This document shows, in pieces, positions 15,020 through 23,775 of a DNA stretch of 32,000 bases (positions within the stretch are counted from its first letter, which is position 1; every line of letters begins with the position of its first letter). A program made the translations under genes and the position numbers. Source of the DNA: Opitutales bacterium (GTDB lineage: Bacteria > Verrucomicrobiota > Verrucomicrobiia > Opitutales > PNEW01); assembly GCA_965219535.1 (NCBI GenBank), contig CBDCNV010000002.1:420001-452000 (forward strand), read 5' to 3'. The notes beneath the pieces were generated by a model. The model saw only the letters and a program-made list of their open reading frames with translations, made no database searches and was not told the origin of the DNA.

Positions 15020-15921
15020 GTGTAGCTGAACCTCCGACTTGCGCGGATCACTCCATCGTGGCCAGCGCGGTGCGCACAACGGGGGACGTAGAAGCGTTCG
15101 TTCAGTGCGCCTACGAGTATGTCCAGGAAGAGGGCTTTGATGAGGCCCGCAGGGCCTTCAACGAAGACGAGCGTTGGAAAAGTGGCCCGATTTATGTCTT
15201 CGTCTCCGAAGCAACAACGATGAGTGATCAAGCGCGACTCTTCGTCTTCCCGCCCGACCGGCCCAAGGAAGGATCGTCGCTAGGGTTGGTGATCGATGCC
15301 TTCAGCAACGACTACTACAAGGAACAGCATCGTATCGTAAGCAGCGTCGGTGAGGGTTGGATTTACTACTCCTTTACAAACCCGGAGACGGGCAGGGATG
15401 AACCGAAGGTTACCTACCTCAAGAACATCGACTGGGACGGGACCCCCGCTGCGATCGGTGCGGGGATCTACCGCCGCGACATCCCCGGTACGTGCAACAG
15501 TGAAGAAGTCAACGCGATGTTGCTCGATGACGATCCTTCCAACGAGAGGCTCAAGGAGTTTGTCCGTTGCGCTGCGATGGAGCTTGAAATGAAGGGCTAC
15601 TTCGCGATCAACACATTGACGAAGGAGCCGCGATGGAAACACGAATCAATCTACTTGTTTGCAATCGATACTTATGGCTATACGCTGTTCAGCGGAGATC
15701 CATACAGCCATTGGTCGGGGGTATCCGAGTTGAAAGGAACGGTTGAAGAACATGATTTAGTGAGCGTTGCAGACGCTTTCGGAGAAAGCTTCCTGTATTA
15801 CACGAAACGCAATCCGGCGAGTGCAATGGAGGAGCGCAAGGTGACTTTCGTTAAAAGGATCGTATCCTTTGGACTGCCGATTCTGATCGGGGCGGGCTAT
15901 TACCTGGATGAGGGTCCGTAA
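15020..15921 (+). pseudogene. Tandem Cache-like protein, paralog 3, lacking start codon and signal peptide (abuts the IS end)
   Basis: Homology to paralog 1 begins at ...GAACCTCCGACTTG (EPPTCADHSIV), directly after the IS tip at 15019. The rest is colinear to the stop at 15919-15921. The listed ORF 15058..15921 starts at an internal GTG-type start. Confidence 0.8.
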
Positions 15922-16643
15922 GGCCGGGCAAAGCTTGCGCGATAACACCGGGAACTCATAAACTCTCCCTGGGAACAATTAAGAGCCCTGTCATAGTGCT
16001 GGCTGGTTTACTCTTCGTGGGGTGAATTTTTTGAAGCATCACCAATGATTTGATTTGCCCGTCAAGGGGTCTGAGCGCCTCGAGAAAGGGCGTTTGCATC
16101 TTAAGGCAGGATGTTTTTTACATAACAAAGGTGATCGTACATTTAAAAGCCAATTTAAGCAGGGTCTTTTTAAATTATTTTTGCTCCCAAACTTTGCCCT
16201 TTGCAAAAATATTTTCCGGTGAGTAAATCGATATATGGACTAAGGGTCGGTCTTCTGATCGCACCCCCCCCGCCCCCTGTAACCTGATTTGCTACCAGAT
16301 TGGTTTATTCCCAAATTAGCGGACATCGGCGATGTCAGACGGCGAACGTTTTCTTGATAGGGATACCCTGAATTATAGTGCGCAGTGCGTGTAGCAATAG
16401 TATGTCAACCTCGGCTTAATCAGGGTTTTAAACTGGGGCTTACTCCTTAATTAGCGTTTGTTTAAGAACGTTAGGAATTTTATGTATAAATTTAATATGT
16501 TGAATATCAATAACTTACAAATATACTAGACATAATAACGATTGTGCGGATCACCTTCTAAGATCTCCTTTTATGCCGTCCCCTTTTGGTCCGCGCACAC
16601 TGCCGCCAATAACGGTCTGCTCAAGCAATCTTCAAACTACCAG

Positions 16644-16773
16644 TCTCTCTTTTTTTATGTGTCCACAGGTTGGCCTTCATTGTGGACAAGCTAAAATAAC
16701 CTTTAATCAATGGGCTAATCCGGTAAGAGAGGGTCGACACGATCCTTCTCCTCTTTTTTAAGTGTGTCCACAG
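16644..16773 (+). repeat. Direct repeat pair ending in TGTGTCCACAG, plus an inverted copy
   Basis: TCTCTCTTTTTTTATGTGTCCACAG ends at 16668 and TCTCCTCTTTTTTAAGTGTGTCCACAG ends at 16773 (105-bp period). TGTGGACA at 16681-16688 forms a 7-bp hairpin with 16661-16667. Confidence 0.45.
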
Positions 16774-16900
16774 ATAAGATTAAGGTTCCCGTTTCTTACA
16801 ACTTGCGCGCGCATAGCAACAAACAGAAGAAAAGTTGTTAGTTATATATTGACCGCATCATGATGGCATCAACCTAGCGCAAAAAAAACGCCACCCCATA

Positions 16901-18862
16901 TTAACGGACTTGTAGAACTTCAATAACTCCCGACCTTTTTGCTGGCAGGTCAAAGCGCACCGATAATATGGAATATTTTAAATCGTCGCTGGAGATTTCA
17001 CTCTCAATATATCCTCCCACCGCACGGTAATTTCCCTCGGGAAGGATAAAAACTAAGCGAGCATTGGGAAAATGCTCTTCAAGGTCATTTTGATAATGTG
17101 CGGTTACCTGGCTATGCTTACCATCGTTTGCTGGTTCATAATTAACACGTACAGGCGTAGGGTCATCTCGATTAAATGGTATTGGTGCCACTTCGTCGCC
17201 TTTATAGGTATATGAAACAGGTTCGTAATCTTTAAACCTGACTATTCGAAAACTGGATTCGTTTACTTTACCAACACGAAGCGTAGGGGTGGCCCCAATT
17301 TTCATGATTTTGCGACCCGGGCCATGTGCATCGTGGATCATTTTAACATTATGCTGATCAAGGAAATCTTTAACGGGTGCATTGTGCTCAAACGCATTGA
17401 TAATCTTGCATGGTATCTCCTCTCGATCAGCAAGAAGACGATCCGCATGGGAAATATCAGCATCCCAGGAATGTCCGAAATTGAGAATGCTCAAATGAGG
17501 TCCAAAATCAACGATCCCTACGGGATCTCCGAACAACACTTCCTTGCCAGGTAATTGGTGATTACCGAAGGTTACTACAAACGGCATATCCAGACCATAT
17601 AGAGCGCCGGAAACATAGGCCGGGTTACATGCATTAGCTATAAGAACCATGTCCGGTGCGATGATGTTTGCTATTTCCACCATACGAGATAAATACTCCG
17701 CCTGATTCTGTCCCCATGTATTTAAGTGGCCGAAGGTCATAAAGGTCGGGTCCTTCGGATAGTCAGATACAATATAGACACTGCGGCGCAAGATTCTATC
17801 AAAAGATCTTCCACTGTCTGAGAAGGTGATTACTAGGTCATATAGGCCTGGGGGTAAATCATTGGGCATATTGACTGTCCCTTCTTTGTAATAATAAAAA
17901 CCCGCCGCTTCATCTTCTTCGAAATCGCAAGTACGGGATATTATCGCTGGACCTATTCGACGCAGTAGTCGGAATTCAATGATAGTATTAGAGTAGGATA
18001 GAAACCGCGTACGGAATTTATTGCTCGCTTTACTGACAATGGGATGACCCATCCTTGGAAATACATAATCCCAAAGCCAACGTACGTTATCCCATTTTCG
18101 ATGGAGATAAACTGGTTCGAGCTCTGTCTCTTGCCCGGGTTTAATAGAGATACCCTCTTTTTGCCAGCTCTTCCATCCCACTGCGCGCAACTCTAAAACG
18201 TAATCGTCACCTGGTGAAAGTCCAGCTAACCGACATTTACCCGTTAGCCAATTTCGAACCAATGTATTTCGGATAACGCTTCCATTTCGCATCAATACTG
18301 CTCGTGCGTCTATGAGCGAAATGTTATGATCGCCACTGATGGTAAAACTGAGATCACCTGTTTTCTCTGCTATAATCCAAAACCCGGAAATCGCGCATCC
18401 CGTCAATTCATCTTCACCACGATGGATTACGCGCACATAATGCTCCTTATCTAATAGGTTCCGTGCCAAAACAATCTCACGTGCAGTTGCTCGTGGGTAA
18501 ATAGTCTGAACTTTCTTTCCATCAATAAATATCTCCAGTTGTCCTGACTCTGGTTTGCTATAGTTGGGTGGTGTGAGAGTACTTAGTCTTAAAATCAGAC
18601 CAAGTCCGGAAAATGAAAACTCCAATGCAGCACCATCTTCATATGTGACCAAAGCGTCAGCTGGGGTATGGGCAAGCCATTGAAAATCCCATCTCCCAGA
18701 TCTTTTGATTCTTTTTCCGTCGACTACTGGCAACCATTGGACATGAGCATTATCTTCAGAAGGTATAGAAATAGAGTTTTCCCCCATACTAGAAATCGGC
18801 AGAAGTATGATTAACGCAGTTATATGACATCTAATCCAGATTGAACAATAAATATACTTCAA
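16901..18862 (-). CDS. Secreted multidomain protein with a degenerate metallophosphoesterase-like domain
   Basis: 653 aa with a TTG start and a signal-like N-terminus. The central segment resembles a carboxypeptidase-regulatory-like fold (LRAVGWKSWQKEGISIKPGQETELEPVYL). The C-terminal half carries calcineurin-type motif positions: FGHLNTW, MVLIANACN, TFGNHQ, AFEHNAP, HDAHGPG. Confidence 0.65.
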   Translation of the reverse strand: MKYIYCSIWIRCHITALIILLPISSMGENSISIPSEDNAHVQWLPVVDGKRIKRSGRWDFQWLAHTPADALVTYEDGAALEFSFSGLGLILRLSTLTPPNYSKPESGQLEIFIDGKKVQTIYPRATAREIVLARNLLDKEHYVRVIHRGEDELTGCAISGFWIIAEKTGDLSFTISGDHNISLIDARAVLMRNGSVIRNTLVRNWLTGKCRLAGLSPGDDYVLELRAVGWKSWQKEGISIKPGQETELEPVYLHRKWDNVRWLWDYVFPRMGHPIVSKASNKFRTRFLSYSNTIIEFRLLRRIGPAIISRTCDFEEDEAAGFYYYKEGTVNMPNDLPPGLYDLVITFSDSGRSFDRILRRSVYIVSDYPKDPTFMTFGHLNTWGQNQAEYLSRMVEIANIIAPDMVLIANACNPAYVSGALYGLDMPFVVTFGNHQLPGKEVLFGDPVGIVDFGPHLSILNFGHSWDADISHADRLLADREEIPCKIINAFEHNAPVKDFLDQHNVKMIHDAHGPGRKIMKIGATPTLRVGKVNESSFRIVRFKDYEPVSYTYKGDEVAPIPFNRDDPTPVRVNYEPANDGKHSQVTAHYQNDLEEHFPNARLVFILPEGNYRAVGGYIESEISSDDLKYSILSVRFDLPAKRSGVIEVLQVR

Positions 18863-18949
18863 ATAACAGATCTACAACTTAAATTCGAATAACCTAATTT
18901 AAAATGCTAGTGGTACAGTTTGAACATGGTGAATTTTAAGTTGCCCTTT

Positions 18950-19302
18950 CTATCTTTCCTTCTTTTCAAGAAGGGGAAAAATGTTCTCGATTTCCCAGAT
19001 GCGGTTAGTAATGCCAGATTCCATAACCGGTGTTAGCTTTAGTGTGTGTTCTATGCGGTAGAAATTTTAATGCATTAAGGGCAGGGCAACGGCATACTCC
19101 AAGTTCTCTAGCTTCTTTGAAAATGCCTGGGCAGATAGGCAAATCGCCGCATGTTCATTTTCATAGTAAGATTCTGGTGTTCGGCGATAGTGGTAGAAAC
19201 ATGGCAATGTTCCGGTTTTGCCGCCATGATTTTCACGAGTGAAGACCTAAATTCCAATATATTAGAATTTCCTAGCGCAGCTGACAAAGTCACTTCTTCC
19301 AT
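18950..19302 (-). pseudogene. Decayed C-terminal remnant of an IS1-family-like transposase
   Basis: ORF 19108..19302 contains KPEHCHVSTTIAEHQNLTMKMNMRRFAYL. Another frame continues KKLENLEYAVALPLMH*NFYRIEHTLKLTPVMESGITNRIWEIENI. The recalled family pattern is HVSTSxxERQNLTMRMxMRRFTRLTNAFSKKxENHxxAxALxFMxYNFxRIHxTLxxTPAMAAGxxxxxW. Confidence 0.45.
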
Positions 19303-19523
19303 CGACTAACTGTTGCTTTCCTCTTTATCTCCTCGCGCTGTTCTCGGGTTAGTTTTTTAGCCCTTGCTTTGCCACCCTTTTTATCGCCCAACGCTTCCTC
19401 GCTTAACGCCGCAGGGTTCTGATCTTTGTTTCGATCGGTTTTTTCTTTACCGGTCGCGATCTTTGTTATATCAACTATTGGTTTATTTATATAAGTCTGT
19501 AGGCATCTTGCTTACCCGTTTAT

Positions 19524-20084
19524 TCATATCAAGTCACTTTTGCCGATCGACACGAAATTGTCGACCAGACCGGCGGTTTCCTGGCGATAGGAAGCACGCA
19601 GATTGAAGGCAAAATCCCCATAGGGTGGTTCCCGTTGCGGTTGGGCGCCCGTAAACGGAAAGAACAGATAGGACTTCCTTTTCTGGAACTTTTTCAACAG
19701 GGGAAGAATACGCGTGACGGTTGGCGTGCCGACATAGCCGAACAGGGCAAACACCTGGTCTTCCAGCACCAAGGTCATGGTGTTCTTTACCGCGAGGTTC
19801 GGCTGATAACCATCGTCATACGTCTTGAGCACAACCTTGCGGCCTCGGATGCCGCCAGCCCGGTTGATGTGTTCGAAATAGGCATTGGCGCCTCGGTAAA
19901 GCTCAATGCCGAGACCTCGTGAGGGACCGGAAAACGCCGCCGACACACCGAGAACGATTTCAGTGTCAGTCAGTCCGATCGGTTCCGCCCGAGCGTTGGG
20001 ACAGGACAGCCATGGTAGGGCCATGAATCCGCCAAAACCGATACGTAGCGCCTCCCGCCTCGTCATCCACCGCATAGTAGGCAC
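19524..20084 (-). pseudogene. N-terminal fragment of a Leu/Ile/Val-type (PBP1) ABC substrate-binding protein with a Tat-like signal
   Basis: TRREALRIGFGG is twin-arginine-like. IVLGVSAAFSGPSRGLGIELYRGANAYFEHINRAGGIRGRKVVLKTYDDGYQP is typical of the family. Only 186 aa are present where about 400 are expected, and the frame leaves homology near 19540. Confidence 0.65.
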
Positions 20085-20126
20085 CTCACTTCAGATTCTC
20101 ACACAGATATAAATCCTCTTATAATT

Positions 20127-20233
20127 GGGGAATAATATACTTGATTCTCCACCTTTTGTTGTTGTTTTGCTAATCAACCTTAGTACCCATAATGCATATC
20201 TTTAACGTGGAGGTGTCAAGTATATTATTCCCC
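20127..20233. mobile_element. MITE-like element (107 bp) with IS1595-like termini
   Basis: Perfect 18-bp terminal inverted repeats, GGGGAATAATATACTTGA (20127-20144) and TCAAGTATATTATTCCCC (20216-20233), extended imperfectly by TCTCCAC/GTGGAG. The tip GGGAATAATATAC differs at one position from the IS1595 IR tip GGGAATTATATAC. Confidence 0.6.
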
Positions 20234-20507
20234 CCAAAAAAAGTTCTATCAAAGTCAGGGAAGTTTCAAGTAGATGTAATTTCTATAGTTATAACAAAAT
20301 ATCAACCCCTCCTCCCCTTTTCTCGGTTTTAATATCCCTATCTATTCCTTTCACATTACACGCATTTTAATTCCTAATCTTACCTTTGCATGCTAAATGA
20401 GGATTAGACATATCAATTATATTAACATAAGTATTTAGGGGACTATCTTATATAACTACAGTTTCAATTTGAACGACCGTGAATTAAAGATAAACAAATG
20501 GCTTCGC

Positions 20508-20587
20508 ATCTCCCTTTACTTAGGTAAGGGGAGCGGATTGAAACCAGAATATAAGCGTCGCTTTGGGTATCAGTTATAATCTCCCTT
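20508..20587 (+). CRISPR. Probable CRISPR array remnant: one 37-nt repeat, one 34-nt spacer, first 9 nt of a second repeat
   Basis: The repeat is ATCTCCCTTTACTTAGGTAAGGGGAGCGGATTGAAAC (20508-20544). It has a 10-bp stem CTCCCTTTAC/GTAAGGGGAG (one G-U pair), a 4-nt loop and a 3' ATTGAAAC tail. ATCTCCCTT recurs at 20579-20587, exactly 71 nt later, where the sequence switches to the IS630 remnant. About 270 bp of AT-rich non-coding, leader-like DNA lies upstream. No cas genes are present in the window. Confidence 0.4.
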
Positions 20588-20589
20588 AG

Positions 20590-20834
20590 TCTTCTATTTT
20601 ACCCCTACATACTCCTCATGGCTCAATCAGGTGGAATGTTGGTTTGGAATCATAACCCAGCGAGCCATCAGCAGAGGATCATTCGCCAGCACTAAACAAC
20701 TACGCGATAAGATCGAAACCTTCACAAAACATTACAACTACAACGCCGTCCCATTTCGCTGGAAGGCCACCGCCGATTCTATTCTTGAGAAAATCCACCA
20801 CCTGTGTGAGCGAATTATAGAGACACGACACTAG
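20590..20834 (+). pseudogene. C-terminal remnant of an IS630-family transposase
   Basis: The frame reads FYFTPTYSSWLNQVECWFGIITQRAISRGSFASTKQLRDKIETFTKHYNYNAVPFRWKATADSILEKI. The recalled family tail is HFTPT..SWLNQVE.WF......RG.F.S...L...I......N....PF.W..TAD.IL.K. Confidence 0.7.
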
Positions 20835-21255
20835 CGGCAAAGGAGGGGCCAAAAGAGAAATTAAATACGAGGATGTATTAAATAAGAAGAACCCTCAAAC
20901 CATCAATTAAATAGTGCATTTTTTTACCTGTACCCCGAATAACTAATCTCCAATTTGAGTTTCTGTGAACCTGCTTTATCGGGAATCCTGAGATGCCACT
21001 ACAGAGCCCGGTGCGATTAAACTTGTCTCTACCAAGCCCATAAATTTATTGTTTCCCATCACAAGAGTCATTTAATCGACATTACGTTATTAAATCCACT
21101 AAAAATTCTTGTCCGATTCCTGACAGAAGATCACCAATAAAGTATGGTTCCTGCCCATTCCTGCCAAATATTTTGAGGCAACGCCAGGAAATCAAAGGAA
21201 AACATAAGTTATTTTTGAATCACTATTTAAGTGTAACTTATTATTAATAAACAAT

Positions 21256-21552
21256 TTATGTGGCGTTACTAAGTCCCGTTCGTAGTCGATAGAGATCACC
21301 GTCTTGAAAGACGCTGTGAAATCCACTGCCGTTGCCTTCCCAGCGCTCGTCATGCACAATCGCCACCTCCTGCAGCGTGGGATGTTGCAGGATCAGTCGG
21401 GCGCCACCGGACATTTCGTCGATCAAGTAATCATCAACGAAGAGCTGTAATCGCGAACCTATGTCGATTACCTGTTGAGGCTCGATCTCTTTTTGAGAAG
21501 AGCTGCAACTGACGATAAATACGAGTAGACCTATTGCAGTTAAGCATTTCAT
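21256..21552 (-). pseudogene. Truncated N-terminal part of a lipoprotein (glycoside-hydrolase-like beta-propeller N-terminus)
   Basis: The likely start is M18, giving the lipobox MKCLTAIGLLVFIVSC. LQLFVDDYLIDEM....L.LH.P...EV....DE.WEG......SVFQDGDLYR is the usual beginning of much longer proteins. The ORF stops after about 100 aa. Confidence 0.4.
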
Positions 21553-21824
21553 CTCTGTATTTTTAAAAATCTGGGGAGTTAAAAGTCGAAGGTCAAAGGT
21601 CATAAGTCGCTATTGCCACTATATGTAATACTTTTGTATTCACATCATCTATTAACACTACCATAAACTTGACACGGTAAATATCAGTATTAAACTGGTA
21701 AGCAGTTGCTCAAAGGGAGCCTCCCGGTCCGCGGTAAGGGTTTAACCCACCTGATGGAGAAGTCACTTAACCTTCTTTCTGCCTGTCATGCGGACACCAG
21801 GCTCAACATAAGAGAGGAGGTCGT

Positions 21825-23015
21825 ATGACCAGGAAGCTACCCGATAAAGCCAATCTTGAGCATCTCAAGAAACAGGCAAAGCAGTTATTAAAAGACCACA
21901 AGGCAGGCGAGCAACAGTCCTGCAATCGAATCAAGGAGTATCATCCTCGATTCTCGAATCTGTCCGAGATGGATATCCGCGGGGCTAAATTCACCTTGCA
22001 GGATGCTCAACTCGCGATCGCAAACGAATACGGTTTTACCAGTTGGCCAAAACTGGTCGCCACAATAAATCCACCCGATAAGCAGCAGCTAATGTTTGAT
22101 GCCTCTAATCGTGGAGATCTCAGTGAAGTTAAGAGACTGATTAAATCCTACAACTTCACGAAAGGGGAACTGGACGAACCTTTAAGTCGTGCCACCTGTA
22201 ATATGAGGGGTGATAAAGAGGCTGAATTTCGCGCTTGCGCGGATTATCTCATTAACTGTGGTGCAGATGTCAATGGTGAGTATGGTAACAACGTCGGTCC
22301 TATTATTCTCGGATCGTGTGAGTTCCAGAATCCCGTAGGGCTGAAATACTTGATTGATCATGGGGCTAGTGTAAATGTGCCTGAGCGCATAACCAAGTAC
22401 CCGGCCACTAATACGCCGTTGAAAATGGTGATGGGTACTTATTCTCGGAAAACAACTGAAAAACACCGCTGTCTCGACCTGCTCATCGAAGCCGGAGCCC
22501 ACTACGAGGACGGCCCGGTTTTGGATATTCATCGCGGTAGATATAATGTTTTAAAAGAACGTCTAATTGAGAATCCCGATCTTCTACCCGCTAAATTCGA
22601 CCTTGAATATGGTAGTCAACTTACACTTTACGGTGTGAGCTTATTGCATATTGCGGTTGACTTTAATGAGAAAGAGTGTGTCGACGTACTTCTCAGTGAA
22701 GGGGCGGACATTAACACAAAGGCAAATATCGGAGAAAATGGAGTAGGTGGCCAAACGCCTCTTTACCATGTCATCGGTGGCAACCAGGGAAGTTGCTACC
22801 CGCTCTTTGAACACCTTATTGCGAAGGGGCCTGATTTAACGGTGATAGCCTCTATTCAAGGGGATGTGATTGCGCACCATGAGCAAGACCACACTTATGA
22901 TGAGGTACTGGAGCTTACTCCTTTAGGTTATGCTCTGAGATATGAGAACGAACCGTCATGGCGTGAAGCCTCTCGGGAAGTGGAGAAATTACGTGAACTC
23001 AGCGCACCGATGTAA
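21825..23015 (+). CDS. Ankyrin-repeat protein
   Basis: GGAGG lies 7 nt upstream of the ATG. ANK motifs include LLHIAVDFNEKECVDVLLSEGADINTKAN....GQTPLYHVI and CADYLINCGADVNG. A helical N-terminal module (LEHLKKQAKQLLKDHKAG...LQDAQLAIANEYGFTSWPKL) is often fused to ANK repeats. Confidence 0.8.
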   Translation: MTRKLPDKANLEHLKKQAKQLLKDHKAGEQQSCNRIKEYHPRFSNLSEMDIRGAKFTLQDAQLAIANEYGFTSWPKLVATINPPDKQQLMFDASNRGDLSEVKRLIKSYNFTKGELDEPLSRATCNMRGDKEAEFRACADYLINCGADVNGEYGNNVGPIILGSCEFQNPVGLKYLIDHGASVNVPERITKYPATNTPLKMVMGTYSRKTTEKHRCLDLLIEAGAHYEDGPVLDIHRGRYNVLKERLIENPDLLPAKFDLEYGSQLTLYGVSLLHIAVDFNEKECVDVLLSEGADINTKANIGENGVGGQTPLYHVIGGNQGSCYPLFEHLIAKGPDLTVIASIQGDVIAHHEQDHTYDEVLELTPLGYALRYENEPSWREASREVEKLRELSAPM

Positions 23016-23043
23016 TTCATAAAAGCATTCAGTCAGTCTACTA

Positions 23044-23640
23044 TCACTCTTGCTCCGCGTAACAGGATTCGACTACGGCTGGATTCAAGAGGGATATTTC
23101 CTTCGCGATCTCGTCGGTTGTATAGCGAGGGGTGATGTGCTGCGGGCAGTTCCAATCAAAGGCACGAATTTTCATAATAAAGATACGTTCGATCAGGGCT
23201 GTATAGTCAGGCATTTCAACGCTTTTTACCAGTTCGGGTTCTTCCGAGGCGTGATGTACTTCGCTCTCGGCCCAGATCTTCAGGCGTTGTTTAGTCGGAT
23301 AATCGATTAAAAACAACGACGTCTTTTTCGTGCTGATAATATTTCCTGCGCTGATGTACTGACGATTGCCCCTGAAATCAGCAAAGCCCAAAGTTGTATC
23401 GTCGATAATTTTCAAGAAGCCCTTCGGGCCCCCGCGAAACTGAACATAAGGCCAACCATTTTCGCCGACCGTAGCGAGGTAGAAACTATCGCGGTTTTCA
23501 ATAAAGGGCTTCTCGCGATCAGTAAGAACGTTGCGATCTCCAGACTGTTCCATTCTCGCATAGGAACTGCGTGAGCCATACTGCTCCTGAACTTTTTTAA
23601 CGCTCTCGGTAAATGTGAATTTAGTGAAATTTTCGTCCAT
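23044..23640 (-). CDS. Pyridoxamine 5'-phosphate oxidase-family (FMN-binding split barrel) protein
   Basis: 198 aa. SFYLATVGENGWPYVQFRGGPKGFLKIIDDTTLGFADFRGNRQYISAGNI. It ends in TGA. Confidence 0.75.
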   Translation of the reverse strand: MDENFTKFTFTESVKKVQEQYGSRSSYARMEQSGDRNVLTDREKPFIENRDSFYLATVGENGWPYVQFRGGPKGFLKIIDDTTLGFADFRGNRQYISAGNIISTKKTSLFLIDYPTKQRLKIWAESEVHHASEEPELVKSVEMPDYTALIERIFIMKIRAFDWNCPQHITPRYTTDEIAKEISLLNPAVVESCYAEQE

Positions 23641-23775
23641 TTATTTTCCTTTCTTCAGAATTAATCACGGGAAGATAGCTATCCAGCGTTTAATTGTCGA
23701 GGAATTGGGTTAGCTTGCAATAGTTCTGTATTTAAAATATTTAAAATGTAATTACTAGTTGCAGGGACATATTTA

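Noticed and set aside
1249-15023. Target-site duplications for the IS1595 elements, the IS407-like element and the full IS3-lineage copy
   Set aside because: The flanking bases do not match in any case: AATTAAAA/ATCTTTTG, ACCA/TCTC and GAG/GTG. This is consistent with later rearrangements, so no duplications are reported.
16264-16277. C8-G-C5 homopolymer tract as a phase-variation switch
   Set aside because: It is not inside or just upstream of any supported gene, so no function can be argued.
20438-20474. A possible additional degenerate CRISPR repeat upstream, ending in ATTTGAAC
   Set aside because: Only about 12 of 37 positions match the repeat, and the spacing is off by one. It is treated as part of the AT-rich leader-like region.
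20553-20563. A 9-nt match (CGTCGCTTT) between the putative CRISPR spacer and the reverse complement of short insert 1. Also a 13-nt match (AATGGCTTCGCAT) between 11349-11361 and 20497-20509
   Set aside because: Both are too short to mean anything, given the number of comparisons made. Three of the 13 nt lie in flanking transposase sequence. Neither extends.
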